Assembly (NCBI GenBank): GCA_948739805.1
Contig: CAPYID010000002.1
Coordinates: 48,295-112,294, forward strand
Length of the DNA: 64,000 nt
Source of the DNA: an uncultured Clostridia bacterium
GTDB taxonomy: Bacteria > Bacillota > Clostridia > TANB77 > CAG-508
Direction of reading: 5' to 3'
A program made the position numbers and the translations under genes. The notes below the pieces were generated by a model that saw only the letters and a program-made list of their open reading frames with translations, had not been told where the DNA came from and ran no database searches. Numbering within the stretch: the stretch's first letter is position 1; every line of letters starts with the position of its first letter. Of the stretch, positions 49,956-61,259 are shown in pieces.

Positions 49956-51404
49956 ATGATAAAATACAATACATGTATATTAGGAGGAAGGAAATACAAA
50001 GTGAAAATAGATGAAGAAATAGAATATCAAAAAGAATTTATAAATAAAATAAAAAAATTAAATGAAGGTAAAAAATTAACCTATAATATCCTTACAATGG
50101 GATGTCAATTAAATGAAAATGACTCTGAAAAACTATGTGGAATGATAGAAGAGATGGGATATACTAGAATAGAAGAATCAAAACAATCAGACTTAGCTGT
50201 TTTGAATACATGTTGTGTAAGAGAAAATGCAGAAGATAGATTATTTGGAAAATTAGGAGAACTAAAAAAATTAAAAGAAGAAAGAGGAACAATAATAGCA
50301 ATAGGCGGATGTATGATGCAAGAAAGTCATATTCAAGAAAAACTGCGAAGGAGTTATCCATATTTTGACATTATATTTGGAACACACACATTACATAGAT
50401 TTCCAGAAGACTTATATAATGCAATAAAGGAGAAAAAAAGGATAGAAGATATTATAGACATAGATGGAGAAGTATATGAAAACATTCCAATAAAAAGAAA
50501 TGATAAATTAAAAGCATCTGTTACAATAATGTATGGATGCAATAATTTTTGCAGTTATTGTATAGTACCATATGTTAGAGGAAGAGAAAGAAGTAGAAAG
50601 CCAGAAAATATTATAAAAGAGATTAAAGACTTGGCAAACACTGGTTATAAAGAGATAACATTATTAGGGCAAAATGTAAACTCGTATAATGGCGGTGAAA
50701 ACTATAATTTTGCCAACTTATTAAAAGATGTAAATAAAATAGAAGGGATAGAAAGAATAAGATTTGTATCACCACATCCAAAAGACTTTACAGAAGATGT
50801 AATAAAAGCAATTAAGGAATGTGATAAAGTTTGTAAGATTATACATTTGCCATTACAATCAGGAAGTACAAAAGTTTTAAAAGAAATGAATAGAAAATAT
50901 ACAAAAGAGCAATATTTAGAATTAGCACAAAAAATAAAAAAAGAAATACCAGATGTAGTATTTTCAACAGACATAATAGTTGGATTTCCAGGAGAAACAG
51001 AACAAGACTTTGAAGATACATTAGATGTAGTAAGAAAAATAAACTATGAACAAGTATATATGTTTATATATTCAAGAAGAGTTGGGACACCAGGAGATAA
51101 GATGGAAAATCAAGTTCCAGAAGAAATAAAACATAAGAGATTTAATAGACTAAAAGCATTAGTAGAAGAGCAAACAGAAAATAATAGTGAAAAATATGTT
51201 GGGACAAAGCAAAAAATTTTAGTAGAAGGAATAAGTAAGAGCAATGATGAAATGCTAACAGGAAGAACAGAAACAAATAAGGTAGTAGTATTTGATGGAG
51301 AAAGGAATTTAATAGGAAAAGTAATTGAAGTTCAAATTGTAAGAAATGCAATATGGTATTTACAAGGAGAGGTAAACACACATAATTTATTAAAAATAGA
51401 ATAA
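49956..51404 (+). CDS. miaB: tRNA-i6A37 methylthiotransferase MiaB
   Basis: MTTase N-terminus YNILTMGCQLNENDSE. Radical-SAM CNNFCSYCIVP. TRAM C-terminus. True start may be the GTG at 50001 after RBS TAGGAGGAAGG. Confidence 0.85.
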   Translation: MIKYNTCILGGRKYKVKIDEEIEYQKEFINKIKKLNEGKKLTYNILTMGCQLNENDSEKLCGMIEEMGYTRIEESKQSDLAVLNTCCVRENAEDRLFGKLGELKKLKEERGTIIAIGGCMMQESHIQEKLRRSYPYFDIIFGTHTLHRFPEDLYNAIKEKKRIEDIIDIDGEVYENIPIKRNDKLKASVTIMYGCNNFCSYCIVPYVRGRERSRKPENIIKEIKDLANTGYKEITLLGQNVNSYNGGENYNFANLLKDVNKIEGIERIRFVSPHPKDFTEDVIKAIKECDKVCKIIHLPLQSGSTKVLKEMNRKYTKEQYLELAQKIKKEIPDVVFSTDIIVGFPGETEQDFEDTLDVVRKINYEQVYMFIYSRRVGTPGDKMENQVPEEIKHKRFNRLKALVEEQTENNSEKYVGTKQKILVEGISKSNDEMLTGRTETNKVVVFDGERNLIGKVIEVQIVRNAIWYLQGEVNTHNLLKIE

Positions 51405-51455
51405 TTTAAAACAATTTATAATATATGTAATATTATAAGTCATAAATAAGGAGGA

Positions 51456-52727
51456 ATGATTATAATCATGGAGGAAATAATAGGAATAATCATGGCAGCA
51501 GGAAAAGGAACAAGAATGAAAACGGAAAAAGCTAAATGTGTACATAAAATATATGGAAAAGAAATGGTAAAAAGAGTTGTAGATACAGCAAAAGAAGCAG
51601 GAATAAATAATATTATAACTGTAGTTGGGCATAAAAGAGAGCAAGTAAAAGAAGTTTTAAAAGATACCGTTAAATATGCATATCAAGAAGACCTTTTAGG
51701 CACAGGAGATACAGTAAAGCAAGCACTTCCACTTTTAAAAGGAAAAAAGGGGAAGGTAGTAGTTTTATCAGGAGATGTTCCTATTATAAGACCATCAACA
51801 CTAAGAAATTTAATCAAGAAAAGTATAAAAGATAAAGAATATGCAACAGTTTTAACTGCAATTTATGAAAATCCGACAGGTTATGGAAGAATAATTAGAG
51901 ATATTGGTGGAAATGTAAAATCTATAGTTGAAGAAAAAGATGCAAATGAAGAAGAGAAATTAATAAATGAAATAGGTGCAGGAGTTTATTGTTTTGACAT
52001 TGAAGAATTATCTTTAGCTTTAGATAAAATAGACAATAATAATGCACAAGGGGAATATTATTTAACAGATGTTATAAAGATAATGAATGAAAAAGGCTTA
52101 AAAACAGGTGCTGTTATTATAGATGATAATACAGAAATATTAGGTGTAAATGATAGAGTTCAATTAGAATTAGTAACACAAATTCTAAAACTAAGAATAA
52201 ATACAGAACTAATGGAACAAGGAATAACAATAGAAGACATGAATTCTACATATATCTATGATGATGTACAAATAGGAACAGACACAGTAATACATCCTAA
52301 CACTACAATAAAATCAGGAGTAAAGATTGGTAAAAACTGTGAAATAGGACCAAATGCTTATATAAGAGAAAACTGTAAGATTGCAGATAATGTAAAAGTA
52401 GGAAGTTTTGTAGAAATAAAGAAAACTATTATAGGAGAAGGAACAAAAGTGCCACACTTAAGTTATATGGGAGACTGTGAAATTGGAGAAAATACAAATA
52501 TAGGTTGTGGAACAATTACATGTAATTATGATATACACAAAAATAAGAACAAAACAATAATTGGAGACAATGCCTTCATTGGCTCAAATGTAAACTTTGT
52601 TGCACCAGTAAATGTAGGAAATGATGTTTTAGTAGCAGCAGGCTCTACAATAACAGAGGATGTACCAGATGGTACTTTAGCAATAGCAAGAGAAAGGCAA
52701 ATAAACAAAGAAGACTGGAATAAATAA
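51456..52727 (+). CDS. glmU: bifunctional GlmU-like UDP-GlcNAc pyrophosphorylase / GlcN-1-P acetyltransferase
   Basis: IIMAAGKGTRMK nucleotidyltransferase N-terminus and C-terminal left-handed beta-helix hexapeptide repeats. Start may be the ATG at 51468. Confidence 0.8.
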   Translation: MIIIMEEIIGIIMAAGKGTRMKTEKAKCVHKIYGKEMVKRVVDTAKEAGINNIITVVGHKREQVKEVLKDTVKYAYQEDLLGTGDTVKQALPLLKGKKGKVVVLSGDVPIIRPSTLRNLIKKSIKDKEYATVLTAIYENPTGYGRIIRDIGGNVKSIVEEKDANEEEKLINEIGAGVYCFDIEELSLALDKIDNNNAQGEYYLTDVIKIMNEKGLKTGAVIIDDNTEILGVNDRVQLELVTQILKLRINTELMEQGITIEDMNSTYIYDDVQIGTDTVIHPNTTIKSGVKIGKNCEIGPNAYIRENCKIADNVKVGSFVEIKKTIIGEGTKVPHLSYMGDCEIGENTNIGCGTITCNYDIHKNKNKTIIGDNAFIGSNVNFVAPVNVGNDVLVAAGSTITEDVPDGTLAIARERQINKEDWNK

Positions 52728-52753
52728 ATATCCCCCACTGGGGGATATTTATT
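52726..52753 (+). terminator. intrinsic terminator (palindrome AAATATCCCCCA-CTGGGGGATATTT)
   Basis: Seen directly. Confidence 0.7.
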
Positions 52754-52806
52754 GTTCTTAAATCCAATATCAAACAATATAATATATAAACAAGGAGAAA
52801 AGATTA

Positions 52807-53942
52807 TGAATAGAATATATTATTTTGACCATGCGGCAACAACAGCTGTTGATGAAGAAGTTTTAAAAGAAATGGTACCATATTTTTCATATAGCTATGG
52901 AAATCCATCATCTGCATATACAATAGGTAGACAAAACAAAATGGCGATACATATAGCAAGGCAAAAGGTAGCAAAAGCCATAAATGCAAAACCAAAGGAA
53001 ATATATTTTACAGGATGTGGAAGTGAAAGTGATAATTTAGCATTAAAAGGAATAACTTATGCAAACAGCAAAAACAAAAAACATATAATCACAACAAAAA
53101 TAGAACATCATGCTGTGTTAAATACCTGTAAAACACTAGAACAAGAAGGAATAGAGGTAACATATTTAAATGTAGATAAAGAAGGAAAGATAAATTTACA
53201 AGAACTAGAAAATTCAATAAAAGAAAATACTATATTAATATCAATAATGACAGCAAACAATGAAATAGGAACAATTGAGCCAATAAAAGAAATAGGAAAA
53301 ATTGCAAGAAAACATAAAATACTATTTCATACAGATGCAGTGCAAGCAATAGGAAACATTAAAATAGACGTAGAAGAAATGAATATAGACTTATTATCAA
53401 TGTCAGCACATAAATTCTATGGACCAAAAGGAGTAGGAGCATTATATGTAAGAGAAGGAATAGGCTTTAAAGAAATACAAGATGGAGGACATCAAGAAAA
53501 TGGAAAAAGAGCAGGAACAGAAAATGTAGCAGGAATAGTTGGGATGGGAAAAGCAATAGAACTAGTACATGAAAATATAGAAGAATATAATAAAAAACTA
53601 ATAGAACTAAGAGAGTATTGCATAGAAAAACTGCAAGGCAAAATAGGTAAAATAAAGATAAATGGAGAAAGAAAAGATAGACTACCAGGAAATATAAATA
53701 TATCATTTTTAGGAGAAGACAGTTCAGAGTTATTATTAAAATTAGATGAGAAAGGAATTTGTACATCAGCAGGATCTGCCTGTAACACAGGAGCATCAAC
53801 TCCATCACATGTGCTAATGTCAATAGGGTTAAATAATGAAGAAGCAGAAGGAGCCCTAAGAATAACACTAGGGAAAGAAAATACAAAACAAGACATAGAC
53901 TATTTGGTGAATAGTATTGCAGACATTATAACATTTAAATAA
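52807..53942 (+). CDS. cysteine desulfurase (NifS/IscS family)
   Basis: YFDHAATT start, PLP-lysine region SAHKFYGPKGVGALY, active-site SAGSACN. RBS AAGGAG. Confidence 0.85.
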
Positions 53943-53952
53943 TAAATATACT

Positions 53953-53979
53953 GTAGGGGCGACCATTGGTCGTCCGTGT
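53953..53979 (+). repeat. fused intergenic repeat GTAGGGGC-GACCATTGGTCGTCCG (near-palindromic)
   Basis: Seen directly. Both family heads in one 27-nt element. Confidence 0.5.
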
Positions 53980-54131
53980 TAACATAAGATTAAAGATATA
54001 CACATTTTAACCCAAAATAAGAAAAAATAAAATTATAGTTATTTTTGAATTATTGTAACAAAAAGGGAAGAAAAAAGTCTAATATATAGAAATGAGTTTT
54101 CAGATACAGACTAAGAAAGGAGGATATTTTA

Positions 54132-54620
54132 GTGCAGAATTTAGAAGAAATATATAAGGAAAATTATGAATTAGTTTATAAGTATCTATTAGCTAATTGC
54201 CATGATGAAGACATTTCTGAAGAACTCACCCAAGAAACATTTTATAGAGCAGTAAAAAATATAAGCCATTTTAAGGGAGAATCAAAAATTTCTACATGGT
54301 TGTGTAAAATTGCGAAAAACCTTTGGATAGACGAAGTAAAGAAAAAAAATAAAAGGGAGGAATTGGATGAAAAAGGCACAGAGATCACATTAGAAGATAC
54401 TATTTTATCTGATGAAAATAAAATAGAAATATTTAAAAAGATACAAAATTTTAATATAGATATGAGAGATGTAATGTATTTACGACTAAGTGGAGAATTA
54501 AATTTTAGGGAGATAGGTGAAATAATGGATAAAACAGAAAACTGGGTCAGAGTAACTTTTTATAGGGGGAAGGAGAAATTAAAGGAGGTTAATGAAAATG
54601 AAAGAGAATCAAGAGTGTGA
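54132..54620 (+). CDS. ECF-type RNA polymerase sigma factor
   Basis: Region 2 (TQETFYRAVKNISHFKGESKISTWLCKIAKNLWID) and region 4 (DVMYLRLSGELNFREIGEIM). Confidence 0.75.
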   Translation: MQNLEEIYKENYELVYKYLLANCHDEDISEELTQETFYRAVKNISHFKGESKISTWLCKIAKNLWIDEVKKKNKREELDEKGTEITLEDTILSDENKIEIFKKIQNFNIDMRDVMYLRLSGELNFREIGEIMDKTENWVRVTFYRGKEKLKEVNENERESRV

Positions 54621-55422
54621 AATAATTAAAGATTTATTACCAAATTATATTGAAGGATTAACAAGTGAAGAAACAAATACATTCATTAAAGAACATTTAG
54701 AAGAGTGTAAAAATTGTAAAAAAATATATGAAAGCATGAGTGAAGATTTGAATATTAAAGAAGATAGTAATGATAGAAGAAAAATAAAAGCATTAAAAAA
54801 AGTACATAAAAAAATTAGAATATTACAAGCAATTATTTTTAGTGTGATAGCAATTTATATATTTATATATGTGAAAAATGTTATAATTTTAAACAGAATC
54901 ATAGATTTAGGCAAAAGTAACAATTTTAATAATTATTATCAGAAATCTGTAACAACAACACAAAAATATAGTGCTAAAACAGAATATTATCAAAGTAGTG
55001 AAAACTTTTTATATATAACTACTTGTATTAACTCAGATAATACTATAGATAAAATTATAAAGGGAAAACTTTATGGACAAAATTTCTATTACTATGAGGA
55101 AAATGGAATAGATAAATCATCAGACTATTCTCCTAGTATAGAAGCTAATCTACAATGGAGATTTGTCAATAAACCTATAGGACTAGCTTTAATACCTGGA
55201 GTCGTTAGAAATGCTACTTTAGATAAAAGAGAATGTTATCTTGTTGAATTAGAAAATAATATGTTTTTTATAGATAAAGAAACAGGAATGGAAGTCAAAA
55301 AGATATATTCTTCTGATAATAAAGTATATGACGATGAATATTCTTTTGGTACAGTAACAAATGAGCAAATTGAAAATATGATAAAACAATATAAAGACAA
55401 TTCATTATTAAGATATATGTGA
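54592..55422 (+). CDS. anti-sigma factor (zf-HC2 N-terminus, single TM, extracytoplasmic domain)
   Basis: HLEECKNCKK zinc-finger motif. Overlaps the sigma gene by 29 nt. TM helix ILQAIIFSVIAIYIFIYV. Confidence 0.65.
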   Translation: MKMKENQECEIIKDLLPNYIEGLTSEETNTFIKEHLEECKNCKKIYESMSEDLNIKEDSNDRRKIKALKKVHKKIRILQAIIFSVIAIYIFIYVKNVIILNRIIDLGKSNNFNNYYQKSVTTTQKYSAKTEYYQSSENFLYITTCINSDNTIDKIIKGKLYGQNFYYYEENGIDKSSDYSPSIEANLQWRFVNKPIGLALIPGVVRNATLDKRECYLVELENNMFFIDKETGMEVKKIYSSDNKVYDDEYSFGTVTNEQIENMIKQYKDNSLLRYM

Positions 55423-55570
55423 TTTGGCTCTTTATATACAATTTAGTACTTACATATAAGACTAAATAAGTTATATCTAAAGCACAAAATTATTAATTAT
55501 ATTTGTTACTTTAATTTTCACTATAATTTATATCTAATAATCAGTAAGAAATATGTATAGTTTAATAAAA

Positions 55571-55603
55571 GGCGAACCTAGAGATAGGCTCGCCGACTTT
55601 CTT
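55571..55603 (+). terminator. intrinsic terminator GGCGAACCTA-GAGA-TAGGCTCGCC followed by a T-rich tract
   Basis: Seen directly. Confidence 0.55.
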
Positions 55604-55770
55604 CTTTAGCATATATAGTTTAATTTAAGTTTTTGCTAATTTTCTGTATTCTGTTAAATTTTATTGGTCGTCCGCCATTGAAGATTAGAAATCAACAATA
55701 TATATAAAAAATATCAAATGTATTGAAAAAAATTTTCTTTTGTGGTATAAAGATGATATAAAAATAAGAA

Positions 55771-56811
55771 ATGAAGGAATATATGAAAAATATAAAAGAT
55801 TATAATTTAGACGAATTAAAAGAGGAAATGTTATCAATAGGAGAAAAAAGCTATAGAGCAGAGCAAATATTTAAGTGGATATATGTAGAAAATGTAACTG
55901 ATTTTAATGAAATGACAAACCTTTCATTAGAGCTAAGAGAAAAATTAAAAGAGAATTATACATTAGATATATATAAAATTATAAAAAAGCAAGAGTCTTC
56001 AGATGGAACAAAAAAATATTTGTTTGATGTACTAGATGGAAATGCCATTGAAACAGTACTTATGCAATATAAACATGGATATAGTATATGTGTATCATCA
56101 CAAATTGGATGTAAAATGGGATGCAAATTTTGTGCATCAACAGGAATAGCATTTATAAGAAGCCTTACATCAGGAGAAATTGTAGAACAGATATTAGCAG
56201 TGGGGAGAGATACAGGGATTAAAATATCTAATGTGGTATTTATGGGAATAGGCGAGCCTCTTGACAATTTTGATAATGTTATAAAAGCAATAAAAGTTAT
56301 AAATAATCAAAAAGGATTAAACGTAGGAGCAAGGCACATAAGTATCTCCACATCTGGATTAGTTCCAAAAATATATGAAATTGCAGACATGGATTTACAA
56401 TGTACTTTATCAATATCTTTACATGCAACTACAAATGAAAAAAGAAGCAAAATGATGCCAATAAATAATAAATATAGTATAGAAGAATTAATAAAGGCAT
56501 GTAAATATTATATAGAAAAAACCAACAAAAGAATATCATTTGAATATGCACTAGCCAAAGACAACAATGACAATTTAGATGATGCAAAAGCATTAGTAAA
56601 ACTATTAAAAGGAATGTTATGCCATGTTAATTTAATTCCAATAAATAAAATAGAAAATGGAGAATTTGATACAAGCACAAATGAGAATGTTATGAAATTT
56701 AGAGATTACTTAAATAACTGTGGAATAGTAGCGACAATAAGAAGAGAACTTGGAGACGATATAGAAGCTGCTTGTGGGCAGTTAAGAAGAAAAGAAGGAG
56801 GCAACATATGA
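55771..56811 (+). CDS. rlmN: 23S rRNA/tRNA m2A methyltransferase RlmN (radical SAM)
   Basis: CVSSQIGCKMGCKFCAST radical-SAM cysteine motif. C-terminal GDDIEAACGQL. Confidence 0.9.
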   Translation: MKEYMKNIKDYNLDELKEEMLSIGEKSYRAEQIFKWIYVENVTDFNEMTNLSLELREKLKENYTLDIYKIIKKQESSDGTKKYLFDVLDGNAIETVLMQYKHGYSICVSSQIGCKMGCKFCASTGIAFIRSLTSGEIVEQILAVGRDTGIKISNVVFMGIGEPLDNFDNVIKAIKVINNQKGLNVGARHISISTSGLVPKIYEIADMDLQCTLSISLHATTNEKRSKMMPINNKYSIEELIKACKYYIEKTNKRISFEYALAKDNNDNLDDAKALVKLLKGMLCHVNLIPINKIENGEFDTSTNENVMKFRDYLNNCGIVATIRRELGDDIEAACGQLRRKEGGNI

Positions 56812-57531
56812 GGATTTATGCAGGGACAAGCGTAGGGAAAATAAGAGAAAAAAATGAAGACTATTATTATACAAGCCAAAGCAATTTAAAACTATTCATA
56901 GTTGCAGATGGAATGGGACGGATATAATGGTGGAGAAATAGCAAGTAAAACTGCAACAAATACTGTAAAAGAATATATAGAAGAAAATATAGAACAAACT
57001 AATGGAGAAAAAGAAAAAATTTTTAACATGATATCTAAAGCAATGGAATATGCTAATAATGTAGTGTATGAAAAATCACAAGAAGATGAAGAACTATTAG
57101 GAATGGGGACAACAATGGAAATTTGCTTAATAATAAAAGATAAATTATACATAGGGCATATTGGAGATAGTAGAATATATAGAATTAGGCGAGGAGTAAT
57201 GCAAAAGTTAACAGAAGACCATAGCTATGTACAAGAACTGGTAAATGAAGGAACAATAACACCAAAAGAAGCAGAACACCACCCTAAAAAGAATATGTTA
57301 ATGAAAGCATTAGGATGTGCACTAACTGTAGAACCAGATATTATAGAAAGAAGCATTCAAGATGGAGACATAATTGAAATGAACACAGATGGTTTAACAA
57401 ACATGTTACCAGTAAAAGAAATTCAAGAAATAATAACACAAGAATCTGATAATATAGCACAAGAATTAATAGAAAAGGCAAACAATGCTGGAGGATTAGA
57501 CAATATAACAACAGTTATAGTTAAAATGTAA
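56808..57531 (+). pseudogene. stp: PP2C-family Ser/Thr phosphatase (Stp/PrpC) with a +1 frameshift (extra C at 56919)
   Basis: ATG at 56808 overlaps the rlmN stop (ATGA) and gives MRIYAGTSVGKIRE...FIVADGMGRI*. Removing the C restores VADGMGGYNGGEIAS, continuous with the 56902-57531 ORF. Confidence 0.7.
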
Positions 57532-57566
57532 ATATATTATAGATAAAAGATCTTAGGAGGTTTAAG

Positions 57567-59553
57567 ATGGGGCTAGAAGGTAGATTATTAGGAAATAGAT
57601 ATGAAATATTAGAACAAATAGGAAATGGACGGTATGGCAACGGTTTATAAAGCAAAATGCCATGTATTAAATAGATATGTTGCAGTAAAAGTATTAAGAG
57701 ATGAGTTTACTACTGATGAAGAATTTATTAAAAGATTTAATACAGAAGCACAAGCAGTAGCAAGTTTAACACATCCAAATATAGTATCTGTATATGATGT
57801 TGGACATGAAGGAAATTTATATTATATAGTAATGGAATTAATAAAAGGAAGAACATTAAAAGAAATTATAGTTTCAGAGGGAGCACTTGCATGGAAATGG
57901 TGTGTAAATGTTGCAATACAAATCGCGTCAGCTCTAGAAACAGCACATAAAAATAATATTATACATAGAGACATTAAACCACATAATATAATAATAACAG
58001 AAGATGGAATGGCAAAAGTAACAGACTTTGGAATAGCAAAAGCTGTTTCAAACTCCACAATTACAGCATTTGGAACAACGATGGGTTCTGTGCACTATTT
58101 TTCACCAGAACATGCAAAAGGAGGAATAACAGATGCAAAATCTGATTTATACTCTTTAGGTGTAGTAATGTATGAAATGCTAACAGGAAAACTGCCATTT
58201 GATGCAGATACACCAGTATCAGTTGCACTAAAACATCTTCAAGAACAACCAATAGAGCCAATAATAATAACCCCGACAATTCCACAAGCTGTAAATAAAA
58301 TAATAATGAAATCTATGCAAAAAGATTCAAGTCTAAGATATCAAAATGCTGGTGAAATGTTAAAAGATTTAAGTATAGCACTAAAAAATCCAGATGCAGA
58401 CTTTGTAAATATAGACAACACAATAAGAGACTATCCAACACAAACCATATCAACTATTTACTCAAAACCAATAGAAGATAAAGTAAAAGAGAAGGAAAAA
58501 GATATGGAAAAAGAGAAAAAGAACAAATTTACAGCATTCATAGGAAAACATAAAATCATTTCTACAATAATAGCTTTAGTTATCTTATTTGCTTTAACTA
58601 TAGCAATAACGAGTTTTGCATTTGATATGACAACACCTAAAGATGTATTAATTCCAGAATTAGTAGGGTTAACTTTAGATGAAGCGAAAACAAAAGTAGA
58701 AGAACAGAAACTGCAAATAGAAGTTAAAGAGGAGAGATATGATGCAGAAATAGAAGCAGGAAAAATAATTTCTCAAGACCCAATATATAAAGAAAACTAT
58801 AAAATAAAAGAAAAAACAACAATAAATGTAATTGTAAGCCTAGGACTAAAAATAGTAAAAGTACCTAAAGTTACAGGAAAAACACTAGAAGAAGCAAAAG
58901 AATTACTTGAAAAAGAAGACTTAGTAGTTGTTGTAGAAGAAGAACCAAGTAAAAAAATAGAAGCAGGATATGTAATAAGTCAAGACGTACCAGAAAATGC
59001 AGAAATTGGAGCTGGCTCAACAGTAACAATAAAAGTAAGTACAGGTGTAGAAAAAAGTTTAGTACCAAATGTACTTGACAAAACTGAAGCAGATGCAAGA
59101 AAATTAATAACAGAGGCTGGGTTAACATTAGCAACAGTTTTAAATGCAGAAGATACAACAAAAGATAATGGAATTGTATTAAAACAAAGTCTTAATGCTG
59201 GCGATACAGTAGAAAAAGGTTCAAATATGACAATTACAATAAACAAAATAGAAGAATTCATTACAGGAACAGTTAATCTAAACCTAAAATCATTATTAGG
59301 AACAAGTATAGAATATGTAGAAACTGAAGAAGAAGACACAGGAGAGACAATAAAAACAGCCAAGGTATCAGAGGTAAAGATTGTAGCAGGAACAGATACT
59401 ATTTATTCAAAGAAAGTTGCACAAGATAAAACAGACATAACAGCAACAGTTACAGGAAAAGGAACAGTAACAGTAAAAGTATATGTTGATGATGTAATAA
59501 AGAAAACCACAACAATCAATTTAAATCAAATTACAACATTAACAATAGAATAA
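57567..59553 (+). pseudogene. prkC: Ser/Thr protein kinase PrkC (kinase domain, TM, three PASTA repeats) with a +1 frameshift (extra C at 57630)
   Basis: ATG at 57567 after RBS TAGGAGG gives MGLEGRLLGNRYEILEQIGNGRYGNGL*. Removing the C restores IGNGGMATVYKAKC (glycine loop), continuous with the 57625-59553 ORF. HRDIKPHNI, DFGIA and PASTA repeats are present. Confidence 0.75.
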
Positions 59554-59618
59554 TATTATATTATTATAAGGGCACGGGACTACCTGTGCCCATTGAAATA
59601 AAATGAATAGGAGAATAA

Positions 59619-60509
59619 ATGCAAAAAGGATTAATAATAAAAAATATAACAAATAAATATTATATAAAATCAGAAGAAGTTATTTATGAAGCAGTAGCTA
59701 GAGGCAAATTCAAGCAAGAAGAAATAACACCAACAGTTGGAGACAATATAGAAATAGAGATTACAGATGAACAAAATAAAAAGGCAATAATTGAAAACAT
59801 AATAGAAAGAAAAAACTTTTCAAGAAGACCAAAAGTAGCAAATTTAACAAGTCTAATATGTGTTATAGCAACAAAACTACCAAAACCAGATTTGCTAATG
59901 TTAGACAAGCAATTAGTTTTTACTGAATATCTTAATATTAGACCAACAATCATTGTAAATAAAATAGACCTAGATGAAAATACAGCATTAGAAATAAAAA
60001 ATGAGTATTCTAATATAGGGTATAAGGTAATAATTACAAATGCAATAACAGGAGAAGGCATAAAAGAAATACTAAATAAAAATCAAAAAGACCTCCAGAT
60101 AATTGCACTTTCAGGAAATTCGGGAGTTGGAAAGTCATCAATAATAAATAAAATATTAAACAAAAATGAAGCAGTAGAAGGAGAAATTAGCACAAAAAAT
60201 AGAAGAGGGAAAAATACAACAACCATTACAAGTCTTTATGAGATAGAAAAAAACATCTATCTTGTAGATACGCCAGGATTTTCAACCTTTGATATTAATG
60301 AAATAGAATCAAACGATTTAGATAAATACTTTATAGAATTTAGAAATTATATAACACAATGTGAATATCAAGGATGTTCTCATGTGAAAGAAGAAAATTG
60401 TGGAATAAAAAGAGCAGTGGAGAATGGTAAAATTTCAAGAAACAGATATGATAGATATGTAAAAATATATGAAGATTTAAAATACAAGGAGGAACATAAA
60501 AAATGGTAG
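59619..60509 (+). CDS. rsgA: ribosome small-subunit biogenesis GTPase RsgA
   Basis: GNSGVGKSS P-loop, DTPG, C-terminal zinc motif CEYQGCSH..C. Confidence 0.85.
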   Translation: MQKGLIIKNITNKYYIKSEEVIYEAVARGKFKQEEITPTVGDNIEIEITDEQNKKAIIENIIERKNFSRRPKVANLTSLICVIATKLPKPDLLMLDKQLVFTEYLNIRPTIIVNKIDLDENTALEIKNEYSNIGYKVIITNAITGEGIKEILNKNQKDLQIIALSGNSGVGKSSIINKILNKNEAVEGEISTKNRRGKNTTTITSLYEIEKNIYLVDTPGFSTFDINEIESNDLDKYFIEFRNYITQCEYQGCSHVKEENCGIKRAVENGKISRNRYDRYVKIYEDLKYKEEHKKW

Positions 60510-61162
60510 AAATATCAACATCAATATTAAGTGTAGAAAAAGAAAAGGCAACAAGAACATTTTATAACTTAGAAACAGCGCATACAGATTATTTTCATAT
60601 AGATGTAATGGACGGAAAATTTGTACCAAATAATACTCATGAAATAATGGAAGAATATGCAACAACAATAAAACAAATTTCAAATATACCACTAGATGTA
60701 CACTTAATGACATATAATGTAAAGGATTATATAGAGCAATATATAGATTTAGAACCTAATATAATAACATTTCATATAGAAGCAATAAAATCAAAAGAAG
60801 AGGTATATGAAATAATAAAATGTATTAAAGAAAACAATGTAAAAGTAGGAATATCTATAAAACCAAATACAAGAATAGAAGAAATCTATGAATTTTTACC
60901 ATATATTCATATGGTATTAGTTATGACTGTTGAACCAGGTTTGGGAGGTCAAAAACTTATTCCAGAAACTTTAGAAAAAGTAAAAAAATTAAAAGAATAC
61001 ATAGAAAAAAATAATATAGAAATAGATATAGAAGTAGATGGAGGAATAAATTTAGAAACATCAAAAATAGCAAAAGAGGCAGGAGCAAATATTCTTGTAT
61101 CTGGCAGTTATATTATAAAATCAGAAGACTACAAAAAAACAATATCAGAATTAAAACAATAA
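60503..61162 (+). CDS. rpe: ribulose-phosphate 3-epimerase
   Basis: SILSVEKEK, HIDVMDGKFVPN, VMTVEPGLGGQK and DGGIN motifs. Overlaps the rsgA stop. Confidence 0.9.
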   Translation: MVEISTSILSVEKEKATRTFYNLETAHTDYFHIDVMDGKFVPNNTHEIMEEYATTIKQISNIPLDVHLMTYNVKDYIEQYIDLEPNIITFHIEAIKSKEEVYEIIKCIKENNVKVGISIKPNTRIEEIYEFLPYIHMVLVMTVEPGLGGQKLIPETLEKVKKLKEYIEKNNIEIDIEVDGGINLETSKIAKEAGANILVSGSYIIKSEDYKKTISELKQ

Positions 61163-61259
61163 AAAAATCCAAAAAATCTTGCATAAATATAAACATTATG
61201 ATAGTATAATTCTAAGAGAGAGCTTTAGACAAGAGAAAATATAAAAAGGGGAGATAAAA

